Below are positions 37,484 through 50,170 of a stretch of 64,000 bases of DNA, in pieces. Numbering within the stretch: the stretch's first letter is position 1; every line of letters starts with the position of its first letter. The stretch is from Octopus vulgaris. Lineage: Eukaryota. The notes beneath the pieces are model-generated. The model searched no databases, was not told the DNA's origin, and saw only the letters and a list, made by a program, of their open reading frames with translations. The stretch covers positions 86,118,001-86,182,000 of the forward strand of contig OX597819.1 in the NCBI GenBank assembly GCA_951406725.2. Direction: 5' to 3'. The translations under genes were made by a program, and so were the position numbers.

Positions 37484-40400
37484 TTTGATACTTTGATAGG
37501 TTTCGGCCATTATTGGCCCAGGCCATGTCTAACTTAATAGCACCACCTGGTGAAGTCTTTCAAGTCAGAATTTGGGCACTATGGCCCACTCAAGTAGAGA
37601 GTTATTGTTTACAGAGACATATCCGGGTGTAGGGGGTTTATCCGGGATTTCTTGAAGGAATCTGTCCAAAGACTTCTTGAACCCTATAGGGTCAGTTTCT
37701 GTTTTAATGTGTTTTGGTGTAATGTTAAAGAGAGCGGGGCCAATTGAGGTGAAATAATTGTGCCGTATTGTTGTTATGAGATGAGAGTGCGATTTTTGTT
37801 TTGGGCGGATGGCACGGGGCCCAAGCCTTGGATGGACCTTAAAGGTGATGCCAACATCATTTGGGCAATGCTGATGGAATATTTTCCACAACATGCAGAT
37901 GATGTAGCGCTCACGACGACGTTGGAGAGAATAAAGTTTTAGCTTTTCTAGTCGACCCCAATAGTCGAGGCCTGTCATGCCATCTATCTTTTTTGTGATT
38001 GCCCTTTGAGGTGCTTCAACTTTTATGATACTTTGTTTTGTGTGGGGAAACCACAGTGGACAACAGTATTCAAGGTGGGGTCGGGCATAAGTGGAGAAGA
38101 GAAGGATAATGGTGTGGATATCTCTCGACTGGAAAGTTCTGAGAATTCAGGAACACATTCTGCGGGCCATGTCAACTTTGGTGTTTATATGAGTGGCCCA
38201 GCTTATGTTGTTGTCCACAATTACTCCCAGGTCTCTGATGTTGTTGGATGCCACGAGAGTTTCACCTGAAGGAAGGGAGTATGGGAGTTTCAGGGCATCC
38301 TCTTTTCCAAAGTGGATTAACTCAAATTTATCCTCGTTCAGCAGCATATTGTTTTTTTCTGCTCATTGGATAACAGCCAGTAGATCTGATTGAAGGCATG
38401 TCCGGTCACTCGCCTCATTTATGACCTTCTGTAGCTTGGAATCATCTGCAAAGATTTTTATGTTGCTGTGCTTGATGATGTCATTAATGTCATTAATGTA
38501 GATGATGAAAAGAAGTGGGCCCAGCACAGTGCCTTGCGGAACGCCACTACTGACTTTGGCTGGGCTTGATTTTACCCCTTCAACTACAACGCGTTGAGAT
38601 CTGTCTGTCAGGAAACACTTGATCCATTTCAGTAACTTTCCAGAGACACCAATGTTGGATAGTTTTTTCAATAGGATCTTGTGATCAACCCTGTCGAAGG
38701 CCTTACTGAAATCAAGGTAGATGACATCGGTGTTGGAGCCCTCTCCCAAAGCTCTCAAAATGTCATCAAAGTGATGCAGGAGCTGCGTTAGGCAGTCCCT
38801 TCCATTACGGAACCCATGTTGGTTAGAGATCAGCCGTCTGTTGCTTTCCAGAAATTGCGTTATTCGAGATCTCACCACCCTCTCAAATACCTTGATGATA
38901 TGAGAGGTGAGTGAGATCGGACATTAGTTCACTGCAAGGGACTTGTTTCCCTTTTTGAAAACTGGGACAACAGACTGGGACAGAAGGTTTTTTGGAATAT
39001 AGCCAGCATCCAGTGAGTTTCTCCACAGATTAGCAAGGGGAGATGCAAGTTGGTGTCGACACACCTTCAGGACACAAGCAGGGAACCTATCGGGCCTACT
39101 GCTGAATTGTGTTTTATTTCGTTTATCGCCGCTAAGACATCAGGGGCACTAAACGTTATGTCCGATATAGTGTGTTGGGGGTTGACATCACTGATACAGC
39201 CCAGATCGGCCATATCAGGATTGCTGAAAACAGAGCAGTATTGTTTCTGCAGTATCTCGGCCATGGATTTGGCATTATCTTGGAGAGTGCCAGTTTCATC
39301 AATTAGAGGGCCAACAATGGAGACAGTGACCCTGCGCTTCCTCACAAATGAAAAGAACACTTTGGGGTTGAGTTTGATTTTTTCAATGGCCCACTTCTCC
39401 TCAGCTGATCTTTGGTTATTGATGAGGGTCTTCATGCATTGTTGGAGGTTATATTTTATGGATTCAAGCAGTGCGATAGCCGTCGAATGTGTGTGTTGCT
39501 GTTGGCAGTACTTTAGTTTGTTAATTTTTTTGTTTGTTCTTTTTATTTTTCTGATAATAGTTTTTCTGTTTTGGGGGATTCTGCACTTTTTGTTCACAGG
39601 TCTTGGTGGGGAGTGTTTCGCACATATGTCTGTGACGGTGTCTACAAAAATCTGCCAAGATGTTTTATGGTTGGTGGAGATGTGTGTATGTGTAAAGGAC
39701 CAGTCAACATGTGATAGCTCGTTCCTGATTGCATCCCAGTTGGCATTATGGAGATCCATGTTATCAAATGGGTGGGCTGGAGGGAGGTCACTAGGATTAG
39801 CTTTCGGCTGGTGGAATTTCATGTTACAGAGAACCATGTCATGGTCTGAAAGAAGGGTTTTTTCCACTGTAACGTTATGTATAGTGTTAGTGTGGCTACT
39901 AAACACTAGGTCCAAAATGTTCTTCTGATGTGTTGTTGGTGCAAGGACAAGTTGGAACAAGAAAAACTCATTCGTAAAGTCGAAAAGTGACTCTGCTGCT
40001 TCTTTGTCAGCGGTTGAGGCGGGAGTGCTTGGTTTCAAACAGTTTGTAGTCCAGTCAACACAGGGTAGATTGAAGTCTTCCATCATGAGTAGGTTCCTAG
40101 AATGGCACTGTTGAATAAAGCACTTAATGCTGTTGAGGCATTCTTTAAAGCACAGTATGGGTGTTTGGGGCGGCCTATAGAGCCCAATTACTGTCAGGTC
40201 ATTGGCTTTGTTGTGCACGGTGACTGATTCACAGTAGCCGTTGGAGAATATACTATTTCCATCTGCCGTAAACCAATCATGCAGGAAAATGGCAGTTCCA
40301 CCCTTCCTTCTGCCGATACGATCCGCGCGGATGGTTGTGAAATTCTTCACTCTCACTTCGGCTTCCAAGTGGGAGTTGTCAAGGTGGGTCTCAGTGAGAA

Positions 40401-41870
40401 TGAAGAAAGGGATGTGGTGTGGATGGTTACCAACCCAGTCTTCAATGAATTGGACCTTCCATTTTTGTGCATTGATGGAAGGGCTGACACCTTGTGCATT
40501 GAGTAGAAATGTGGAGGTTAGTGTAGTGGCTGGTTTTGACTGTTGCAGGGGGCTTGGATTTTTTGTGTGTGTTAGTGGCAGCAATGTGGGGAATTGGTGC
40601 ACTGGGGTAATAGCATAGGATTGTGTTGAGTGATGGCTAGAATATTTTTGTGTATCTCTTTTGCCATGTTCAACATGGCTAAAAAAGAATTTTCCTGCTT
40701 AGGGAGCAGTTTTTGGCTGGAGGTGTGGTTGCACTGTTGGATAGGGTTGTAGTTTCCACTTTTGTTGTTGTTGTTTTTGTGTCTTCCTGAAAAGACTGGA
40801 CCAGCATTACTGCAGCATGGTGTGTTTTTATTTTTATTTTTATTCAGGTTTGTGTGTTGGCTTGAAGCCCCGTTCTGTTTGTGCGTCGGGTCCCTGGAAG
40901 ATGAGTGAAGGGACAGTCACTCAGCAGACATATTCTCTCACGTTGGGAATACCGGCAGATTTTAGGACTCCGAGTTGTGTGTGTTTTGAATTTCGATTTA
41001 CTATTTGGTGGTGTTGATGTTATTGTGGGATGCGTGCTTTGGCCTTGGCCGGTAGTGCGTCTAGTGCTAGGTAGATGTGTGAAGATGAGGTCACTATTTG
41101 TGCAGAGTCTCTGACGCAGTGAATAACGGCATATTTTGGGGTTTCTTGTTTGTGCCGTGGGGGGCGCATTCTGCTTCATATGTTTCTTTAAGTTTTTGTT
41201 ACTGCAGTACTATTGAGGTGGTGATGTGGGGGAAGAGAGCAGTGGTTTCTTATTTGGTTTTTTGTTGGTATTTTGGGTGATAGAAGACGATGGTGGCAGC
41301 GGTGGTGATGATGATAATTGTGGTGGTTGCCGTGAGAGCGGTGAAAAGATACTGGCATTTAGTGAATCATCTAGTATGCTAGAGTTGAGGAGTGGTTGTT
41401 GTTGTTGTTGTTGTTGTGCTTGACCGATGTTAGGGTCAGCTATTGTGCTGGGAACTAGGAGTGGCTCATTCTGTTGTTGTTGTTGTTGTGGCTGTTGTTG
41501 ATTTTCTAGCTGTTGCTGTTCTTGAACAGTGAAAATATAAAGAAGTTTTTCAAAATGGCTTTTTGTTAGTTTGAAAGAAGCTTCGATATGCTTCAGTTTG
41601 CTACGAATCTGTTTGACGGATCGTGTGTTGATTATTTGTGATGTTTTTTCGGCAATCTCATTCAAACATAAAACATTTAAATTTTCTGTTTGGGAAAGAG
41701 AGAACCAAGTGTTTATTAAAACATCAATTTCATTATCAGACCAATTTCGTCTGTTCAGTTGTTGTTGTTGTTGTGGCTGTTGTTGATTTTCTAGCTGTTG
41801 CTGTTCTTGAACAGTGAAAATATAAAGAAGTTTTTCAAAATGGCTTTTTGTTAGTTTGAAAGAAGCTTTA
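37481..41870 (-). mobile_element. Near full-length CR1-like LINE (ORF1, APE endonuclease, RT), frameshifted
   Basis: APE (ETHL, GLYRPP, ILDLVF, SDH), RT (YLDFSKAFDRVDH, SGVPQGTVLGPLLF, IFADD), C-terminal YSLQRRRERY, and a 3' octamer repeat (TATCAAAG)2. Confidence 0.9.
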
Positions 41871-42119
41871 AAAGAAAAACAAGTGTATATAACAATTTGT
41901 AGTTAAATAAAAACGTACTTACGGGTTTGTAGGCAAATACGTGGTTACAAATATATATATATGTAAGGTCAGTTAAGTTTTGAAGCTGTGTAGCTTGCTA
42001 CTGACTTGGGAGAGAGAAACAAAAACACGTCCGTCCAGTTCAACAGAGGCACTATATATATATAAATATATATATATATACATATACATATATATATACA
42101 TATACATATATATATATAC

Positions 42120-42175
<56 letters not shown>

Positions 42176-42732
42176 ATATACATATATATATGTTAATAAA
42201 ATATATATATATATAAACATATATGTACTCCTACTTCTACATGTACATATACAGTATATTGTACGGACACCAAAGGACGTCGAACACATGAGAGATAAAA
42301 ACATAGACACAAACCAAGGAATATAGACAAGCAAAAAAAGGAGATACAGGACAATAAGCACAACGAAAAATCCTCTTCAGTCGCTAAAGTTTCATCTACT
42401 AAACGTTTCAAAGGATAAAAGCGATACGTATACTTCGAATGAAAATTCTTTGCAAAAGCAAATCAATTAAAATTCTGAGATCTTGTCGCAGAGGGAAAAA
42501 AAACAAGACGTAACGACAGTACAAACATATAAACAGTAAAAATATATATATAAATATAAAAATATATATACATATACAGGACATATAGAACAAGATAAGA
42601 AGGTATATATATACAAACATATATATATATATATATATATATATGTCGACCAGTATAGAAGGCAGGTAGAAAAGATATAGCAGTTATACGGAAGTTCGTC
42701 GCAGATGGACATATAGAAATAGACATATACAT

Positions 42733-42821
<89 letters not shown>

Positions 42822-42829
42822 TATGTAAA

Positions 42830-43100
42830 GGCGCGTGGCTTAGTGGTTAGGAGCATTCGGCTCATGATCGTGAGTTCAATTCCCGGCGGCGCGTTGTTTC
42901 CTTGAACTAGACGCTTTATTTCACGTTGCTCCAGTCCACTCAGCTGGCAAAAATGAGTAGTACCTGTATTTCAAATGTACACGTGTTTGTGTACACGTGT
43001 TTGTGGAGTGCTCAGCCACTTGTACGTTAATTTCACGAGCAGCCGTTCCGTTGATCGTATCAGCTGGGACCCTTGTCGTCGCAACCGACGGAGTGCTCGA
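42830..43100 (+). mobile_element. tRNA-derived SINE (mosaic head and tail)
   Basis: A-box TGGCTTAGTGG and B-box GAGTTCAATTCC; the core is shared with the 36991 SINE and the tail with the 4441 SINE. Confidence 0.8.
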
Positions 43101-43151
43101 CCACATATATATATATATGTACATATATATATATATGTACATATATATATA

Positions 43152-44769
43152 CAGTTGCGGCCAAAATGTTCGGAACGGCATTGTTTTTGTCAGAAAAGTA
43201 GGTATAAGTTTTTATCAAAGTTGTTTTATATTCTATAATTTTCACAGACAATAAATACGATATAATTGGTATTGTCTGAGATTTTGGTGTAATTTGAGTG
43301 GATAATACAAAAGTTATGGATGATCTAGTGATTTACTGCAAAAGCCAAGGCGGCCAAAATGATCAGAACGGTTGAAAAAATAACAAAATAATCAAAAGGT
43401 GACAGAGAATGCTGGAATTATTTCATATTTAGTGTGAAGCCCTTTAGCTTCAATCAAGGTTTGACATTTTCGACTGCATGGGTAAATGAAATTTTCAATT
43501 TCTTGCTGGGTGATCTTATTCCATTCTTCCTGAAGAGCATTCCATAACTGCTCGGTTGTTTTAGGATTTCTGGCTTTCAAACGTTCTCCTAGAATATTCC
43601 ACACATTTTCAATAGGATTGAGGTCTGGGCTTTGAGCAGGCCAATCCATAACAATAACCTTTTCAGCCTTGAGGAAGTTTATGACCACCTTAGCCTTGTG
43701 ACATGGGGCATTGTCCTGCATGAATATGGGTGGTCGCTTAGTTGAATTTCTCAGCACAGGCAAGACATGATCTTTTACAAGTTGTTTATAAACTCCTGCA
43801 TTTATCTTTCCATGTAATCGCTGCAAAGGGCCCACAACATCTCAAGATATCTCCCCCCACAAACCATGACACTTCCTCCACCGAATTTAACACTAGTCTT
43901 AAGGCATTTAGGTGACAATTTTTCTCCTGCTTTTCGACGAACGTACCTTTTCCCATCTGAGCCAAATAACATAGACTTAGATTCATCACTGAAATGCACC
44001 GTTTGCCATTTTTCTTGAGACCACAACACATGTTCGGTTGCAACGACACTTTTTATTCTTGGAGCTAATCAGTGGCTTCACTGCAGGTGCTCTTGCTTGT
44101 AGGTCATGTTCAACTAAAGGACGAGACACAGTTTTTCGAGATAAAGTTTTCTTCAGTACAATGCTCATTTCCCGAAAAACAGCAGCAGCAGTTTTAAATC
44201 TGTCCTTTTTAACCAACTTTACCAGAGCACGATTTTCTCTCTTGGTCGTTTTTCGTGGCCTACCTGTAGACTTTCTTGCTTCACGCGAACCACAATCATC
44301 GTAGACCTTAGGAATACCGTGAACAATACTTTTTGACTTGTTAACGATCTTTGCAATAGACCTAATACATAAATTATCCTTCATTCGAAGCTTAATAATC
44401 TGCCGACGAATTGGTAACGGAGTAAGTGGCATTATATTAACAAAGTACACTGCAGATATTCTTACTAATGTCTAGTAAACGAACTGTCACGTAAACAAAT
44501 TCAAAACAGAGTTCGACGGGTTAAATATACTAAAACATGGAGTAAAAGCAACCGTTTTGATCATTTTGGCCGCCGTGGGTTTTGCAGTAAATCACTAAAT
44601 CATCCATAACTTTTGTATTATCCTCTCAAATTACACGAAAATCTCAGACAATAACAAATAATATTTTATTTATTGTCTGTGAGAATTATAGAATATAAAA
44701 CAACTTTAATAAAAACTTATACCTACTTTTCTGACGAAAACAATGCCGTTCTGAACATTTTGGCCGCAA

Positions 44770-44772
<3 letters not shown>
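43152..44772 (-). mobile_element. Tc1 DD34E transposon with IR/DR-type long TIRs, copy 1 (two frameshifts)
   Basis: Termini CAGTTGCGGCCAAAATGTTC with TA flanks; TIRs of about 225 bp; SDES / QDNAPCH / SPDLNPIE. Confidence 0.93.
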
Positions 44773-44830
<58 letters not shown>

Positions 44831-44864
44831 TGTATGTATGTATGTATGTATGTATGTATGTATA

Positions 44865-45200
44865 TAACCAGAGTGCATAAGGTATTTGAGGATATATAAC
44901 AGATAATAACTTTAATGATCAAAAAATGCCATGAGGATAAAAGTAAACCTTCTCTATAACGTTATTCAGTAAACCCACCTTCTATACGAGATCTAAATCA
45001 TCTACATGCTCGGATCAAGTGGCCCTGGTTCATTTTGTACATTACTCTGACTATTGCAGCTTTCAAAGAATCTTTGGGTTATGGGCGTGTTCATTGACCT
45101 CTCTCAACAACGCTTGACGTGTAATAGTCCAATAGATTGACATCTGAGGAATTAGGAGGCCAAATGTTAAGGGTCGTGTGATCATAACGCCACAAAAATT
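44865..45200 (-). mobile_element. Mariner/maT-like transposase 3' remnant
   Basis: The minus strand gives WPPNSSDVNLLDYY...SLKAAIVRVM...LIRAC. Confidence 0.6.
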
Positions 45201-46426
45201 GAACCTAAATGGTTCAATTATCCCTATAATCTACTCCCACCTTATAGTCCCGTCCGAAAAAGTGATTCACGAGGACGTTACGTCTGAGACGTGAAGGGTT
45301 TCTGTAGCTTTGAGTGGGGGAGTTTTGTCTTGTGGTGAAGGGTGTATTGCAATTTCCTCAAAAAACAACCAGATACAACAGACGTAATTAAAAAAACTTT
45401 AGTAACCGTCTTTCACGCAGCTTTCGAAACTGCAACTCCAAATCACCATACAATAACACTAGACACCAGTTGCTGGCGTCCCCTAACTCTAGAACAATGA
45501 AATTTGCCTCCGATCCAAACCAAACTTCAATAAATACAACAAAATGACCCTTTAAAAGAATCAGCCAACTGTAACGGCTGATGAACGTTCTCCAAATGGA
45601 TGTCAACCAGGCAGACCGACAAACGTGACCATCGGAAAAATAAGACGTCATCAGTACTTTAACGAATCAAAAAGCAGATCCGTTCACGGAAAAAAATTAT
45701 AAATATACTGGATTCCAAAATGACGCCGTTACAAGCAAAATTCCCTGCACACGATAGAAAAAGAATCACAGAAACTGTAACAAAACACATTTTACTATCT
45801 TCATTTCTCCATTGTTTTTCTCCCTCTTAATTCAGTATGACCGAACCTTTGGTGATCCACATTTCTTCTCGATTACTTCTAACACTATTGAATTTTGTGC
45901 ATTTAAACAAGATGATCCACATTTTTTATATTATTGATATTATTGAATGTTATGAACGTTTAAATCATATGTGATATTATTGAGTCTTGACTCAGAATGA
46001 TCGAAACTTTGAAGGCCCACATTTCTTATCGCCACTTTTAACACTATTGAATTTTGCGCATTTAAACAAGATGATCCACATCTTTATATTATTGAATGCT
46101 CTGAACATTTAAGTCATATTTGATATTATTGTATCTTGTAAGCGTTAAATATTTTAATGAACTTCTTAAACTTTTTTATATTTTCCCAAGATTTTCCCTT
46201 GTAAACTGTTCTTAACATGTTCTTATTATCAAAGAATGTATTTATATATTGTAATACTTTGTGACAACCAGTACCTAACACAACCAAGCTTTTACATGTT
46301 ACTTTTGACAATCTTTTTCTAATAAAGTGAAACCGGCCTAGTAAATAAACATCTTTTAAAATTGCATTTTCAAACCTTCTTTCATATATATATTTATAGA
46401 ATAATAAAGAGAACGTTCTTGGTAAA

Positions 46427-46478
<52 letters not shown>

Positions 46479-46479
46479 A

Positions 46480-48345
46480 TACAATATGTTACATTACTCG
46501 GTAGTCAAGATAAAACTCTGAGTTTCAGATGCCGAAGTGGAAATCCACAACACCATCTCTTCGGTTATCTGGCTATTTGAAAACGTTATGAAAAAATACC
46601 GTTAAAAATGAAGGGAAATTACTCTGTTATAACTCTGCTTTGCCTGCGTACTTATACATCACTCGCATTTTTCGTCATAAAAATTATATAAAAATACATA
46701 AAAATATATAAAAATATATAAAATCTTCTTGGGACATAACACAGAAAGCATGTTCTATCCGTTTTCTTTAGGGGACCAAAAACGTAACAGAAATTTAGTC
46801 ACATGTGGGCATGATCCGAAAAGCTCTGTCCTTGTATTTAGACATGTGGTAGGGTCTAAGCTGCTTTTCCAGATAAGCCATCTCTCCATGTCGCATAAAC
46901 CGCACCTTCCGCTGCCGTTAGTGTAGGGCTTACATCTGGCCAAAATCTTCCATTGTATGTTATAATCGACACCTTTATCTCTTAAAGACCAAATATGATT
47001 GGATAATTGTGTCGCTTTTCTTTTGTTCCAGTGCCTAAAGCTCAAAGTGTGGTTATTGAACCTGGCCTTGAAATTACCCTCTGTCAGGTCCACGTATTTC
47101 TTCGTCGAAACGGTGTCTTTAGTGGTTATAGAGTTTACGGTAGCTTCATATATGATGGTCTTGGACATGCAAGCTCCATTTAGCGGGCACAATTCTTTAT
47201 TCCTGCATGAACAGCTGTTTTCTTCTTGTGTTTTTTGTATGTTATGATTGATTATGTTTTTAAAATTGGTAGTTGAACTAAAACTAATTTTTAAATTGTG
47301 TCTATTGAAGAGTTTCCTATAAGCATGGTTAACTGGAAAATGTCTATCTATCAGTGCTAGGAAATATTTACCTATATTGAAGGCCACCTCGGGTGAGTAA
47401 GGGGGCGTAAACCAGATGACCTTCCTATTTCTATTATTCCTTTTCCTTACTGTTGGGCTGGTGATAGGTGTATATTTTATTTTTTCGCTAAAACCACTAT
47501 CTTTTAAAGCTTTATTATAAACTGGGGCAACGCTATTGAAGATGTCCTCATTAGATGAGAGGCTAGAAATCCTCTTACTAATATTTTTAACTAAATTTTT
47601 GAATACTATAGGGGGATGGCATGAACCTACATTAATATAACTTAGTCTATCATTGGGCTTCCTATAAGGCTTATAAATATTATTATTAAGATCTAAGGAA
47701 ACGTCTAAGAAATTGACAACCGTCAGGTTAGTGTCTATAGTTATACTAAGTCCGAAGTGTTTCATTAACTGGATAATATCCTTCCTAAAACGATCTTGTG
47801 CTGGTCCATTTGTATTAGCTGTTAAGGCGAGGGCATCATCTTTGTAGATGGCGAAATGTACGTTAGGGAATGTCTTACCGAAGGTATCTAGGAGAAAGAG
47901 TCCAATTAGATCACAGATGCCTGTCCCATCATATGAACCCATGCTCACATCGAAAGCGCCCTCCGTGTCGGTGTTTTTTACCCACTTTGCATTCTCACTG
48001 AAAAGTAATGTCTTTCTAGCATGGAAAATTATATCCTTATCATTGGTACTAATTTCTATGAAGTCACTAGCGAAGATTAGGGCTTTATCTAGCAGTTCTT
48101 TAGAGATAGAGGCATAAAAATCAACAATATCGAATTGTGTAAACCTCGCTTTTTTCTTATTCTTAATAGCTTTAAACCAGTCTACGACTTCTATACTATT
48201 GGACCATTGCACTAGCCTAGTATCGGTCTTAATTTTCGTATTTATTTTATCTAAAATTTCTTTGCTAATAATCCCTAGTTCTGACTTGGCTGGGTTGATA
48301 AGCCTACATTTAGGGTTGGAACATAATATTGAGGTCTCTTTCTTT
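46480..48345 (-). mobile_element. 5'-truncated Penelope-like element (RT plus GIY-YIG) with an uninterrupted frame of about 530 aa and 3' flank
   Basis: CRLINPAKSELG, FDIVDFYASI, MGSYDG, YKDD, WFTPPY, CSCRNKELCPLNGAC, IIYEATV..YVD. Confidence 0.9.
46508..46570 (-). ncRNA. Atypical hammerhead-like motif in the 3' flank of the Penelope-like element
   Basis: AGATAA-CCGAAGA-GATG..CATC-T-GAAACTC-A-GAGT-T|TTATCT; stems I, II and III all pair. Confidence 0.5.
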
Positions 48346-48368
48346 CTTTTGTTATCTTACCGTTTTAT

Positions 48369-48405
<37 letters not shown>

Positions 48406-48427
48406 CTCAAACACACACGCGTACGTA

Positions 48428-48481
<54 letters not shown>

Positions 48482-48868
48482 AACAAATATATATGTACAT
48501 ACACCTGCGAAAACAAACATATATATCATAGCTAAATGTATAGACATATACAACAAATTTCTACATGTTCTCTGTGTATGAAACTTCACCCAGATGGCTG
48601 AGGGAACAATAGAAAATATTTCACCAATGAAAAATGCAGTGACGTGGCAGCGAATACACCATCTCAACCATAATGTTTGGGAGTTGTTTTTTCTGTTAAA
48701 TAACAACTCGAAAACTTCAAAATATGACTATTTCTGTAATATTACTGATATTGACTCTTTTTTTTATGAAAGAAATGCACAGTTTCAAAACCTAATTTGT
48801 TTTCTTTTATTATTTCGGTGCAATATTTACTAATATCCAAATTATGAGAAGAGAAAGAATTTACTTAC

Positions 48869-48963
48869 TTCCCAAGAAATGTGTAGTTGGCCAACTTTGC
48901 CACCCCCGCCTCCAACCAACTTTGGAGCCGCTTGAGGATTAGAAGGGTCCATTTTATGAAACC
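48869..48963 (-). CDS. CNTN: Contactin-like exon (start of FN3 repeat 2, GGGGGKVG motif); absent from the ORF track
   Basis: Acceptor gtattttttag| and donor |gtaagt; 95 nt, phase 1 to 0. Encodes (R)FHKMDPSNPQAAPKLVGGGGGKVGQLHISWE; the glycine-run GGGGGKxG is characteristic of contactin FN3-2. Confidence 0.92.
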
Positions 48964-49469
48964 CTAAAAAATACAGAAATATACACAACTTTCATTTTAA
49001 TATTCTTACTCTCATACCTTATCGCCGCTTTTTACTCTTTTAATTTAAGCACGCACACGCACTCGCACACGCACACGCACACGCACACACACACACGCGC
49101 ACACAAATACAAGCACATACACGCACACACACACACACACATGCACGCAAACACACATTGTGTTTTATTGCTCAAGGTAGAGATTCGTGTCGCGTTTAAA
49201 GGTTTATATTCTATATTATAATAATGAAAATTAATTTTTTGACGTGATTTGTATTAATCTGAAATGTAAGTCATAGAGAGACTGTTCAAATTTATTTAAA
49301 GTTAAGTAAAATATATTGTTGTTTATTTTCCCATTATTTGTAGAGCCGCGTTTGGATACCTTTATATTTCATCAGTATAGCTTTTGGGCAATTATTTGTA
49401 TATCTAAATTTTTTAGTTGAAACCAAGTTGTTTTGCAAAGTTATATACATATACATACATACATACATG

Positions 49470-49590
<121 letters not shown>

Positions 49591-50001
49591 CATTGGTGCG
49601 CAGAAGAAATAATTTGAATAGAGGAGCAGAGGTGCTTTCATCCACCAGGCTGCATGTTTGAAGTAACAATTATATGCTTTCAATCTGATGAGGATTTTTG
49701 AGCAGTTATATATATATGTAGTCGAGTAGCTCTGACCACTCTGACCACAGCACATGCACCATCATCCACACACCTACACACGCACACATCCACACGTCAA
49801 GGTCACCAGCCATTATCCACAACGCACACACACTCTCAAATACACACGCACATGCACCTTTGTTTTGGGATCACCACTACATTATTATCTCCCTTTCTTC
49901 CTGGCTCTCCTCACTGACCACCTCTGCCCAGCCAGCTGCCATGATTGACCGCTAGCCTCTAAAGCTTTTTTCATTCTCTCTCTGTTTATTTTCTCGTGTT
50001 C

Positions 50002-50037
50002 CTTTCTGTTGAAGAGCGTAGGCTCGAAACGTAAAAG
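50002..50037 (+). ncRNA. Atypical minimal hammerhead-like motif
   Basis: CTTT-CTGTTGA-A-GAGC-GTAG-GCTC-GAAAC-GTA|AAAG. Confidence 0.45.
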
Positions 50038-50128
50038 ACTTTCTCACCTTTCCGAGCGTTAAACTAATACACCAGTTTGTTGTTTATACATCAGTCTTCG
50101 TCTTTTGTTGTTTTTTTTTATAAATTCC

Positions 50129-50170
<42 letters not shown>

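Noticed and set aside
37495-37535. GGCC-AATAAT-GGCC-GAAAC on the minus strand, resembling hammerhead stem II plus GAAA
   Set aside because: No CUGANGA upstream; better explained as the 3' UTR stem-loop of the CR1-like element.
39050-39928. 292-aa plus-strand ORF
   Set aside because: Antisense shadow of the CR1-like endonuclease frame.
42360-42420. GAAACGTT followed by CTGAAGAGGAT on the minus strand (possible type II hammerhead)
   Set aside because: Stem I does not pair and stem II would consume core bases.
49340-49385. CTGATGA-AATAT..GTATC-CAAAC-GCGG on the minus strand
   Set aside because: Needs at least three core or stem changes and has no stem I.
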